DNA of 64,000 nucleotides from a phage: sequence record PZ386973.1; one strand, given 5' to 3'. Positions 57,019-64,000 of the stretch are shown here, piece by piece; within the stretch, counting starts at the first letter, position 1; each line of letters begins with the position of its first letter. The notes beneath the pieces were generated by a model. It was given only the letters and a program-made list of their open reading frames with translations. It ran no database searches and was not told the origin of the DNA. The translations under genes were made by a program, and so were the position numbers.

Positions 57019-57270
57019 ATGGAAAACATGACTAAAAATGAAATGGCTAACGTTCTGGCAATTCTCCTCGACATGCAGGGTTTTGAGGGTCAGCTCATGA
57101 AGATGTCTATTCCGGCAATGAAAAAGATGTATGATTCTCTGAATAAGAATGCTATGGCATTCAACCTTGCAAAACAGGAAGCACGTTTTGCTAAAGAGCA
57201 TCAAGCGACTGCCGAGCGTCGTGCAGCATCTTTTGAGCGTGAAGTTAAGCAACTGAAAGGTAAGAAATAA
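57019..57270 (+). CDS. hypothetical protein
   Basis: Start moved to the ATG behind a GAGAGAGG ribosome-binding site; track start 57001 lies in the conserved leader. Confidence 0.4.
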   Translation: MENMTKNEMANVLAILLDMQGFEGQLMKMSIPAMKKMYDSLNKNAMAFNLAKQEARFAKEHQATAERRAASFEREVKQLKGKK

Positions 57271-57292
57271 GGACTAAGGGAGTATATAATTA

Positions 57293-57574
57293 ATGTTAAT
57301 TGAAATTCTCATTGGGTTGCTAGTGCTTATGACACTAGTAGCGATTGGTGGGGTTATTGGTATTGTAAGCATGCGAAAAAATATAGAGAGTATGCTTACT
57401 ACTAATAGTGGACTTCACTGCCGATTAATAGAACAAGAACAAGATATTGAACTAGCACAGAGACGCTCAGATATTCTAAAAGAAAAACTAAACAATATTG
57501 AAGCAATAGTTGGGAATAATAAATTACCTGCTAAAGTAATGCGTACACAGATAATCACGGAGATTAAAAAATGA
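57293..57574 (+). CDS. hypothetical membrane protein
   Basis: 93 aa with an N-terminal transmembrane helix. Confidence 0.4.
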   Translation: MLIEILIGLLVLMTLVAIGGVIGIVSMRKNIESMLTTNSGLHCRLIEQEQDIELAQRRSDILKEKLNNIEAIVGNNKLPAKVMRTQIITEIKK

Positions 57575-57816
57575 TGATGTTTATTCTAGCGTTTTATCTA
57601 ATTGTGGTTGGTGTACTGGTTACTAAGTATCACACATGGGCACCAAAGAATGTAGGTAAGGTAGCACTGTTTGTTATCCCAGTTCCGCTTATTATCTTTT
57701 CTATGTTACTGGTGATGTTAATTGGTAAAGTAACAAAAACTGATATTAAACGTATTGCTGATGAATTGCAACAGTCTTGTGATATGGTAGAGGATATTAT
57801 TAAAGATGAAGCTTAA
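57571..57816 (+). CDS. hypothetical membrane protein
   Basis: 81 aa with two hydrophobic helices. Confidence 0.4.
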   Translation: MMMFILAFYLIVVGVLVTKYHTWAPKNVGKVALFVIPVPLIIFSMLLVMLIGKVTKTDIKRIADELQQSCDMVEDIIKDEA

Positions 57817-58132
57817 TTTTAATGAATTAAATACCTTACATGAGATATTACAATTTGTGAATAATAATATTAGTATTCCAGATGATACTCTAGAAGTTCT
57901 CATGTTAATCGAGAAAAAGGTAGGAATTGAAATTGAGGACTCTTGGAAACCACTTTCTGTATTAACACCTCTTAATATGAAAGTGATTGTTAAAAATATT
58001 GATACTGGTGAAGAGTGTGAAATGATTCGTAAAGAACTAGCTAATAGCTATTCACCAAAGTCTGTAGTAATGTACCATGATGATACCGCTAAGACTCTAC
58101 AGACAGCTAATTACGTATGGCGTCTTCCATGA
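57806..58132 (+). CDS. hypothetical protein
   Basis: 108-aa ORF. Confidence 0.4.
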   Translation: MKLNFNELNTLHEILQFVNNNISIPDDTLEVLMLIEKKVGIEIEDSWKPLSVLTPLNMKVIVKNIDTGEECEMIRKELANSYSPKSVVMYHDDTAKTLQTANYVWRLP

Positions 58133-58231
58133 TTGATTTAGTACCAATTACTGCGGGGCTAATAGCACTATTAGTGCTTGCAGTTTTTATTATTGTGGAG
58201 CAGGCCAAAGTAATAAGGAGACTTAAAAACA

Positions 58232-58432
58232 ATGATAAAACGTCTTGTTTATCAAGCACCAAAGATTGTAACTGAGTATTTTGTATTACTGCCTCAGATT
58301 GTATTTCTAACAGCATTATTTAATATACTTTTCCGACATCTAGGAGTAACAGAAAACGTATTTTACACTTCTGAATTACTTCCTTTTATGTACGAAGGCA
58401 TTATCACGGCGTTTAATGGGGTTCGTAAATGA
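58232..58432 (+). CDS. hypothetical small membrane protein
   Basis: 66-aa ORF. Confidence 0.3.
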   Translation: MIKRLVYQAPKIVTEYFVLLPQIVFLTALFNILFRHLGVTENVFYTSELLPFMYEGIITAFNGVRK

Positions 58433-58890
58433 CAGCACTACAACAACTACAGAATTACTGGTTTGATAACCAATTTAATGATCTCTTCATCCAGTTGTTT
58501 GTCGAAACGAACGGGCGTTTTAACTACCGATTCTTTAATAAGTTTCATGAAACAAAATTCTCGCATACAGAAATTAACGCTGCAATTCAGGACTTAACAG
58601 GTTCTAAGGTAGTTCAGTATCGTGAAGTAGACTTTACACCAGATTGTTTTGGATTTGAATTGTTTAAGAAAGCGTATAAATTTGGCAAGTTTGAGGATGC
58701 TCGTCAATGGGTTCATGATTTCTGGTATAATACTGATATTGTTCCTAGTCGTGTGCTGATTCTTAACTGGATTGCTAAACAACACCCACCTAAAGCTCAA
58801 TCGTCCTTCTTACCAACTGACACAGGAAACCTTTACCATGACAGAAAAGAAAAATCCATTGCTGGAGCAGATGAAGGAATGGGAGAGTAA
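58429..58890 (+). CDS. hypothetical protein
   Basis: 153-aa ORF. Confidence 0.45.
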   Translation: MTALQQLQNYWFDNQFNDLFIQLFVETNGRFNYRFFNKFHETKFSHTEINAAIQDLTGSKVVQYREVDFTPDCFGFELFKKAYKFGKFEDARQWVHDFWYNTDIVPSRVLILNWIAKQHPPKAQSSFLPTDTGNLYHDRKEKSIAGADEGMGE

Positions 58891-59209
58891 TATTGAATCT
58901 GGTCTAGTAGACGGAGAAGATATTGTTAACTCTATGCTAGAAGTAACAGTGGATAATATTAACCCTATTTTGGCCGGAGAAACTTCAGATCTTATAGGAC
59001 TTTCTAGTACCTTCGATTCTTTGGCTAAATTAGCTTTAGACGATGAAGAGATAACCAAAGAAGATCTCGCTACAGCTATGAATATGGCTATTAACGCTTA
59101 CATTGGCAAACGTACCGATGAACTCGACAAACAAATCAAAAAGCGGGATACAACGTTAAATCTTATGGAAATGGCCACTATGTTAAGAAGTGGTAAACAA
59201 CTTCATTAA
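58838..59209 (+). CDS. hypothetical acidic protein
   Basis: Start at the internal ATG (MTEKKNPLL); track start is 58772. Confidence 0.4.
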   Translation: MTEKKNPLLEQMKEWESNIESGLVDGEDIVNSMLEVTVDNINPILAGETSDLIGLSSTFDSLAKLALDDEEITKEDLATAMNMAINAYIGKRTDELDKQIKKRDTTLNLMEMATMLRSGKQLH

Positions 59210-59216
59210 TTTTAGA

Positions 59217-59244
59217 GGCCAGGACTTAATTGTTCTGGCCTTTT
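59217..59244 (+). terminator. rho-independent terminator
   Basis: GGCCAG...CTGGCC followed by TTTTGTG. Confidence 0.55.
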
Positions 59245-59700
59245 GTGTATATTATGAGAGAAAAAGTAAATGAATTATTAATCGAGGAAGCTAACAACTT
59301 CCCAGTAAATAGATTCATCAAATCAGATGGATCTATTAATAGAACTAAGATTAAGCAGCTACATCCCGACTTTCAACAAGAAGCGCTAAACCTTATATTT
59401 ATCAAGAAAGCTGTTGCAGCTCATGGGGCTTTCTTTGGGTATGAGCGTGTAAATTATAAAACAATGCAACAGCAGGTTGAGATCTATTGTCCAGACCACG
59501 ATGGTTATTACTGGCAAACTGCTAGATCTCATTTAGAAGGGCATGGTTGTCGACTGTGCGCACACAAGGTTGTGCAGCGTGTCACGGATTATGGAACTTA
59601 TACCGTACCAGCATGTTATCATAAATTTGTAATTGACGATAATCATATAATTTGGTATAATAAGTTTTCAAAGTTAAGAATGGAGATAAATAGTGAGTAG
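59230..59700 (+). CDS. hypothetical protein
   Basis: 156-aa ORF; the true start may be the ATG at about 59245. Confidence 0.4.
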   Translation: MFWPFVYIMREKVNELLIEEANNFPVNRFIKSDGSINRTKIKQLHPDFQQEALNLIFIKKAVAAHGAFFGYERVNYKTMQQQVEIYCPDHDGYYWQTARSHLEGHGCRLCAHKVVQRVTDYGTYTVPACYHKFVIDDNHIIWYNKFSKLRMEINSE

Positions 59701-59986
59701 CTATATTGTATGGTCAAATCCATTAGCCGCACTTAGTAATAAACTATTTAAAACAGAATGGGGTAAAAACGAAATAGACTTAAGTAGTCGTCCAATACCA
59801 AACAAGCACCCATTAGTCCCTGAGCTATATAGGGTGGTTATAAATGACACAGAGTATTTGGTCGATAAATTTGATAGAAAACGTTTACTAGAGGGTATCT
59901 ATGATAATTCTACATCAATGGATGAATTAATAGAGCATGCCCAAATATATGATAAAAGCTGGATGTTAATATGGAGATCATACTAA
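59693..59986 (+). CDS. hypothetical protein
   Basis: 97-aa ORF. Confidence 0.4.
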   Translation: MSSYIVWSNPLAALSNKLFKTEWGKNEIDLSSRPIPNKHPLVPELYRVVINDTEYLVDKFDRKRLLEGIYDNSTSMDELIEHAQIYDKSWMLIWRSY

Positions 59987-60204
59987 TTATTTTAGGAGTT
60001 ATGCTATTTATTGTAGCATTTGTATATTTTGCTATTATGAGTAGAGCCAGAGAGTTAGAAAAAGATCTAACAAAATTACGAGGTGAGTTGGCAGCCCTTA
60101 AATTACAGCGTGAGGCTTTAAAGTTGTTTGTGGTTCAAGGTAGTGTAGAACATACACCAGAAGACTTCATTGCGTGTCTCAAACGTTATATGGGAATTAA
60201 ATAA
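59971..60204 (+). CDS. hypothetical membrane protein
   Basis: 77 aa with an N-terminal transmembrane helix then a coiled coil. Confidence 0.4.
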   Translation: MEIILIILGVMLFIVAFVYFAIMSRARELEKDLTKLRGELAALKLQREALKLFVVQGSVEHTPEDFIACLKRYMGIK

Positions 60205-60389
60205 TGGAAACACTTTTTCTTTTAATGCTCGTAGGTTCGTTAGTAGTTATATTAGCACTCCTATTAATCTGTAATATTCTTAATAATAAGAATTTAGGAC
60301 TAAAGTGTGAAAACCAAATCCTCAACCGTGAACTTAAACAATATAATCTAGCAGCACATAAGCTGCTAGACAAACTGGAGAATAAGTAA
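60204..60389 (+). CDS. hypothetical membrane protein
   Basis: 61 aa with an N-terminal transmembrane helix. Confidence 0.35.
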   Translation: METLFLLMLVGSLVVILALLLICNILNNKNLGLKCENQILNRELKQYNLAAHKLLDKLENK

Positions 60390-60994
60390 TGACTTTATAT
60401 GCACAACAACCTGTTCAAGTAGTACCAGACCATGAGTTAAATACTTGGGATTATAGCTTCAAAGATTTAACTGCTACTGTACAGTTCAAATCTATGAAAT
60501 TAACCTTTGCACATACTGATATTAAAGCATGTAAAGATTTTGAAGGTAAACTAAAAGAAGCTCGTAAGATTTTTGGCAGGGCTCGCATCCCAGCTGATAA
60601 TCTAATTAATACACTAATCGATGCTGGCTATAAACTCGTGAAGACCGAGGTGAACCGTCCTGATACTCCTATAACTGTTGGAGGTTACTGGGCTAAAAGT
60701 GGTATAGCATTTAATCCTAAAATAACGTCGGAAATGCACAATGTTCCATGCGGTGGCAATATAGAAAATAGTTCCTCATATCGAGTTGGTGAAGATTACG
60801 GCCCATCTGTACAGTTGAAACATACTCAAGAGGCTTTTGAATCTGACATGAAAAGCGTAGCACCTGCGGATACTAAAGGTTTTAGAAGTCCCATCTATGT
60901 TACTCACTTTAATAATCTTAGGCCTGGGAGTATAAATGATACTATCCTTGAAGCGTTGGGAGCTGCTCTTAATGAAGATAAGAGAGGTAGTTAA
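60389..60994 (+). CDS. hypothetical protein
   Basis: 201-aa ORF. Confidence 0.45.
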   Translation: MTLYAQQPVQVVPDHELNTWDYSFKDLTATVQFKSMKLTFAHTDIKACKDFEGKLKEARKIFGRARIPADNLINTLIDAGYKLVKTEVNRPDTPITVGGYWAKSGIAFNPKITSEMHNVPCGGNIENSSSYRVGEDYGPSVQLKHTQEAFESDMKSVAPADTKGFRSPIYVTHFNNLRPGSINDTILEALGAALNEDKRGS

Positions 60995-61725
60995 TGAAAG
61001 ATTTGGCTGTAAAGTTTAAGAATATTCTAGCCCTCGCTAAGGGGGCTGATCATCGCTGTTTCTCTGATTTAACCACTGAAGAGAAACATGCAGTAATGTT
61101 TGTTTGCGAAATGTTCCCAGCTAGATGGGAGGGTGGTAAGATTAAGTATGATAACAAAGCAGCAAAAGCTGACCTTGCTTATTCTTACGTTGATATGAAT
61201 AAACTCCTAAAGTCTTTAGACCCCACTGCTAAAGGTCACATGGGAAACTATATTCATGTTATCATTGATGAACCTCTCCCGGCTTATAGAGAAACATCCG
61301 CTAGAGAAGCATTAGAAGCATATCCAGAACAATTATACATTCCGCCTAAGAAATGTAAGTTCGATCATCTTCCAGCGTTAGCATTTGAAACTAGTATCAC
61401 GTTTGAAGATATTTATAGAACGATTGGAGCTGTAGTAGCACGGATTGCAGTGGCACATCATCGTGGCATAGAACTTACTACAGCGGAAGATTATATTCTA
61501 TACGCTATCCATGATGAAAAGGACTCCTTCAAACGTCTAATGGATGCTCTAGGATTAGGCAGTCTCACAGCGCTTGTGCTTAACCAGGCTCCTAGAACCA
61601 AGCGTTATGCAAAAGGATCTATTACTCTTGAAGAAACAGGGTCTACATCTTCATTCCTTGCTACATATATTTATTTAGCATCTAAAGGAATCTATCTAAA
61701 GGCTAGAAAGAATGTCACTATATAA
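60994..61725 (+). CDS. hypothetical protein
   Basis: 243-aa ORF. Confidence 0.45.
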   Translation: MKDLAVKFKNILALAKGADHRCFSDLTTEEKHAVMFVCEMFPARWEGGKIKYDNKAAKADLAYSYVDMNKLLKSLDPTAKGHMGNYIHVIIDEPLPAYRETSAREALEAYPEQLYIPPKKCKFDHLPALAFETSITFEDIYRTIGAVVARIAVAHHRGIELTTAEDYILYAIHDEKDSFKRLMDALGLGSLTALVLNQAPRTKRYAKGSITLEETGSTSSFLATYIYLASKGIYLKARKNVTI

Positions 61726-62068
61726 AGTATATATTCTTGCAAACAGGGATCTGACAAAGATCCCTAAGAGAACAAAGATCGGTATTAGCATGAATCCACA
61801 TAATAGGATTCAAACACTAAACTTAGATAAGATAGTCTATCGAGGTTTTGACGATTTATACGTGTATGGGGTCTATGAAACCCATAATCCTAGAGATCTA
61901 GAAGCCGCTGCTCATATCTACTTTAAGAAATACCGTTGTAATTTAAAGGGATTCGAAGGATGTACAGAGTTCTTTGATATTCACCCACAACTTGCAGAAC
62001 GATTCCTATTAAATACAGGAGCCAAGAAGATTTACGATCCCAATACCAATCTCGAAGGAGATGTATAA
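61712..62068 (+). CDS. GIY-YIG-like / T5orf172-domain-like protein
   Basis: N-terminal YKVYILAN...KIGIS...R pattern resembling the GIY-YIG-related T5orf172 domain; last plus-strand gene before the repeat region. Confidence 0.4.
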   Translation: MSLYKVYILANRDLTKIPKRTKIGISMNPHNRIQTLNLDKIVYRGFDDLYVYGVYETHNPRDLEAAAHIYFKKYRCNLKGFEGCTEFFDIHPQLAERFLLNTGAKKIYDPNTNLEGDV

Positions 62069-62085
62069 ACATTAACAAAATCTTC

Positions 62086-62115
62086 TTGACAACTCATTGC
62101 GGCACATGTTATAAT
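62086..62115 (+). promoter_or_regulatory. sigma70-type promoter reading into the non-coding repeat region
   Basis: Consensus TTGACA-18 nt-TATAAT with no ORF downstream. Confidence 0.45.
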
Positions 62116-62154
62116 AATCTCATAGATTAAAAACAACTCTTGTTTTGAACTCTA

Positions 62155-62253
62155 GGGGCGATGATTATTACACTTAGTATTACGTCTATACGTTGCGACA
62201 GCACGAGTATAGATCTAATTACTAAGTCTTCCGTAATACTCACGCGCCCCACG
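62155..62253. repeat. large imperfect palindrome
   Basis: GGGGCG...CGCCCC flanks with nested inverted repeats (CTTAGTATTACG/CGTAATACT, TCTATAC/GTATAGA). Confidence 0.5.
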
Positions 62254-62467
62254 AGTAAGCTCTCATGAAATGGGGGGACTATTTACTTTTAAAATATATG
62301 AAAATATTTAAAGGCAATATCTGTGTTCAAGATGGTACACCTGTTGCCGCTCTTCTGCTAGGATGGCACAACACTTTCTTCTAGACTCCTAAGTTTATCA
62401 CGAAATACCACACTTCTAGTGGGCGGTTCTCCTAAGTTTCTAGGAACATATACTAGGCGGTTAATAC

Positions 62468-62508
62468 AGGGCGGTTATAGGGAGGGCGGTTATAGGGAGG
62501 GCGGTTAT
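62468..62508. repeat. tandem direct repeats of GGGCGGTTAT(AGGGA), three copies
   Basis: GGGCGGTTATAGGGAGGGCGGTTATAGGGAGGGCGGTTAT read directly; a further GGCGGTT copy at 62456. Confidence 0.7.
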
Positions 62509-62550
62509 TTCTAGAAGACATTTTTTGAAAACACATTTCCAGAAATTACT

Positions 62551-63150
62551 GTCGGATTTGCACACTGCATTTCTAGAAATTTATGGTCGGATTTGCACAA
62601 ACGCCTAAGTTTTTAGGAACATATAATCTCTTGAAAATAGCAGCATTATTTCGGGCCGAAGGCCCATGATTGCCTGAGTTTTTAGAGCCACAGAAATTTT
62701 CCCTTGTCAAGCTATTTTGCCACATTTAGCTAATAAAATTTTACTTTTTCTGCACCTATCTCAAATCTTCTCCAATTATCTCAACTCTTCCCCAAAATCC
62801 CGGCAAATCTGGTGCTCCGCACCAACCATGCGCCCACATCCCTCTAGTCCCCAAAATTTCTTCGTTCTCTCAACTTCTCTCCAAACCTATACAATCACAC
62901 ACCCTCTAATCGAAGTCATAAAAATCTTGTCGGATTCGCACATCTTAATCCTAGAAAAACCGTGTCGGATTTGCACATACCCCACAGGATTCGAACGCAG
63001 TTCGTGATTGCTGGAGTTTTTGGGAAAATTCATTGTCGGATTCGCACACTATAAAAATTTTTAGGGTCGGATTTGCACACTACCAAAAATTGTCGGATTC
63101 GCACATACACGCCAGCACGTAACCCGTGGAGCAAATGTCGGATTTGCACA
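62551..63150 (+). repeat. iteron array: eight direct copies of GTCGGATT(T/C)GCACA
   Basis: Copies at 62551, 62586, 62929, 62964, 63035, 63066, 63092 and 63137, all same orientation, irregular spacing. Confidence 0.8.
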
Positions 63151-63157
63151 AAAGCGC

Positions 63158-63175
63158 AGGGCAATTGCCCTGCTA
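63158..63175. repeat. perfect 18-bp palindrome GCAGGGCAATTGCCCTGC
   Basis: Read directly; immediately follows the last iteron. Confidence 0.7.
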
Positions 63176-63193
63176 GTTTGAATGCGAATAAAA

Positions 63194-63328
63194 ATGAGAA
63201 TCATTATCATTTAAAAAGCGGAATGCGAATGAGAATCATTATCATTTACGAAAGGGAATGAGAACTATTCAGGAAGTGAAACGATTCTCATTTAGATAGT
63301 GAAATGCGAATGATAATGATTCGCATTT
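63194..63328. repeat. direct and inverted repeats of GAATGAGAATCATTATCATTT
   Basis: Two direct copies (63194, 63227), a partial copy (63257) and an inverted copy (AATGATAATGATTCGCATT, about 63304). Confidence 0.7.
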
Positions 63329-63360
63329 AAAAACGGAAGTGAGAAACACTGTTATTTAAG

Positions 63361-63453
63361 TTATCCACAGACTTATCAACAGCACGATTTGACTTGACAA
63401 AATCCTAGCCATTTTGAGGCGTTATTAACAGACTTATCCACAGCTTATCCTAC
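63361..63453 (+). promoter_or_regulatory. cluster of DnaA-box-like 9-mers
   Basis: TTATCCACA at 63361 and 63434 (consensus), TTATCAACA at 63373, TTATTAACA at 63422, within a direct repeat ACAGACTTATC(A/C)ACAGC. Confidence 0.6.
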
Positions 63454-63470
63454 TGTATAAATATACAGTA
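63451..63470. repeat. perfect palindrome TACTGTATAAATATACAGTA
   Basis: Read directly; adjacent to the DnaA-box-like cluster. Confidence 0.7.
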
Positions 63471-63720
63471 TTCCTACGCAGTGAATAGTTCTAATATAGC
63501 GTTAAAACGTCCTAGATCGCATTCTAACGCGTTTAATTTTGGTGGGGATACTAAAACAAGGGGGTATTTATCTGGAGGGAGAAAAACGGGGATCAGATCC
63601 CCGTCGATTATTAGAAAAGAGGGCAATTATCCCGCTTTGCCATTTCGCGCCACTCATCCTGATGCCTAGACTTGCGACGGCGTACTAAAAACCGTTTATA
63701 CCAGTGATTAAACCATCGTT

Positions 63721-63924
63721 TCATAAATCCTCCTCAGGTAGTCGATGCGTGATCTTCTCCTCTTCCCCATAGGAATCGACCAAATGTTGATAATAACCAT
63801 CGGCATCATAAATCACTTTATCATATTCGCCACGCTCGACCGCTTGCCGATTCTCAGGTGTATCCGGCACATAGAAAACATCAACCATTGTGGTAGTTTT
63901 GGTCACAATAATTTTATTGCTCAT
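63721..63924 (-). CDS. hypothetical small protein
   Basis: 67-aa ORF on the minus strand beyond the repeat region. Confidence 0.3.
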   Translation of the reverse strand: MSNKIIVTKTTTMVDVFYVPDTPENRQAVERGEYDKVIYDADGYYQHLVDSYGEEEKITHRLPEEDL

Positions 63925-64000
63925 AATAACGCTCCGTTATTAAAAATCCCCATATATTCCCGGCCAAATTTTACTAGTAACATAAGTTACTATCCCGGCA

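Noticed and set aside
62551-63150. Possible CRISPR array, because of repeated GTCGGATTYGCACA units
   Set aside because: Repeats are only 14 bp, spacing is irregular (25-330 bp), there is no leader or cas gene, and copies carry point variants; this fits iterons or binding sites, not CRISPR.
1-64000. Prophage or integrative element (integrase, att sites, transposase) and rRNA genes
   Set aside because: No integrase, recombinase, transposase or rRNA-like sequence was recognisable; gene content is that of a lytic phage early region.

Overview
This 64-kb window looks like the early region of a T5-like tailed phage, read in reverse orientation, and I found no clearly novel system in it, only candidates that need checking. 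Everything below was read by eye from the sequence and the ORF track; no searches or folding were run.

- **Leftward block (59-19624, minus strand):** family A DNA polymerase, DnaG-like primase, DnaB-like helicase, an NAD-dependent DNA ligase split into two ORFs, a 955-aa P-loop helicase-like protein, a Sir2-like protein next to a HAD-like hydrolase, and the anaerobic ribonucleotide reductase NrdD.
- **Rightward block (19974-62068, plus strand):** PhoH, NrdA/NrdB, dihydrofolate reductase, thymidylate synthase, RNase H, a NADAR-domain protein, a DnaQ-like exonuclease, an HNH endonuclease, a SleB-like cell-wall hydrolase and an SPFH protein.
- **tRNA cluster (about 34.0-45.6 kb):** roughly 27 tRNA candidates interleaved with tiny ORFs and ORF-free, tRNA-like segments. 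Anticodons were read by eye and several are uncertain.
- **Distal plus-strand genes:** a GrcA-like glycyl-radical protein, dNMP kinase, ClpP-like peptidase, a holin-endolysin pair, a candidate spanin pair, two metallophosphatases, a thioredoxin-like protein and many small hypothetical ORFs.
- **Right end (62.1-63.5 kb):** a repeat-dense non-coding region with eight copies of a 14-bp iteron, DnaA-box-like 9-mers, tandem repeats and palindromes.

Almost every transcription unit is preceded by a stereotyped strong sigma70-type promoter. The one at 10983-11011 matches, from memory, the classic T5 PN25 promoter, which is the main basis for the T5-like assignment. No rRNA, CRISPR array, integrase or transposase was seen. 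The most interesting candidates are the iteron and DnaA-box region, the NADAR protein, the zinc-ribbon-less Sir2-like protein, NrdD without an adjacent activase, and the ORF-free segments in the tRNA cluster.
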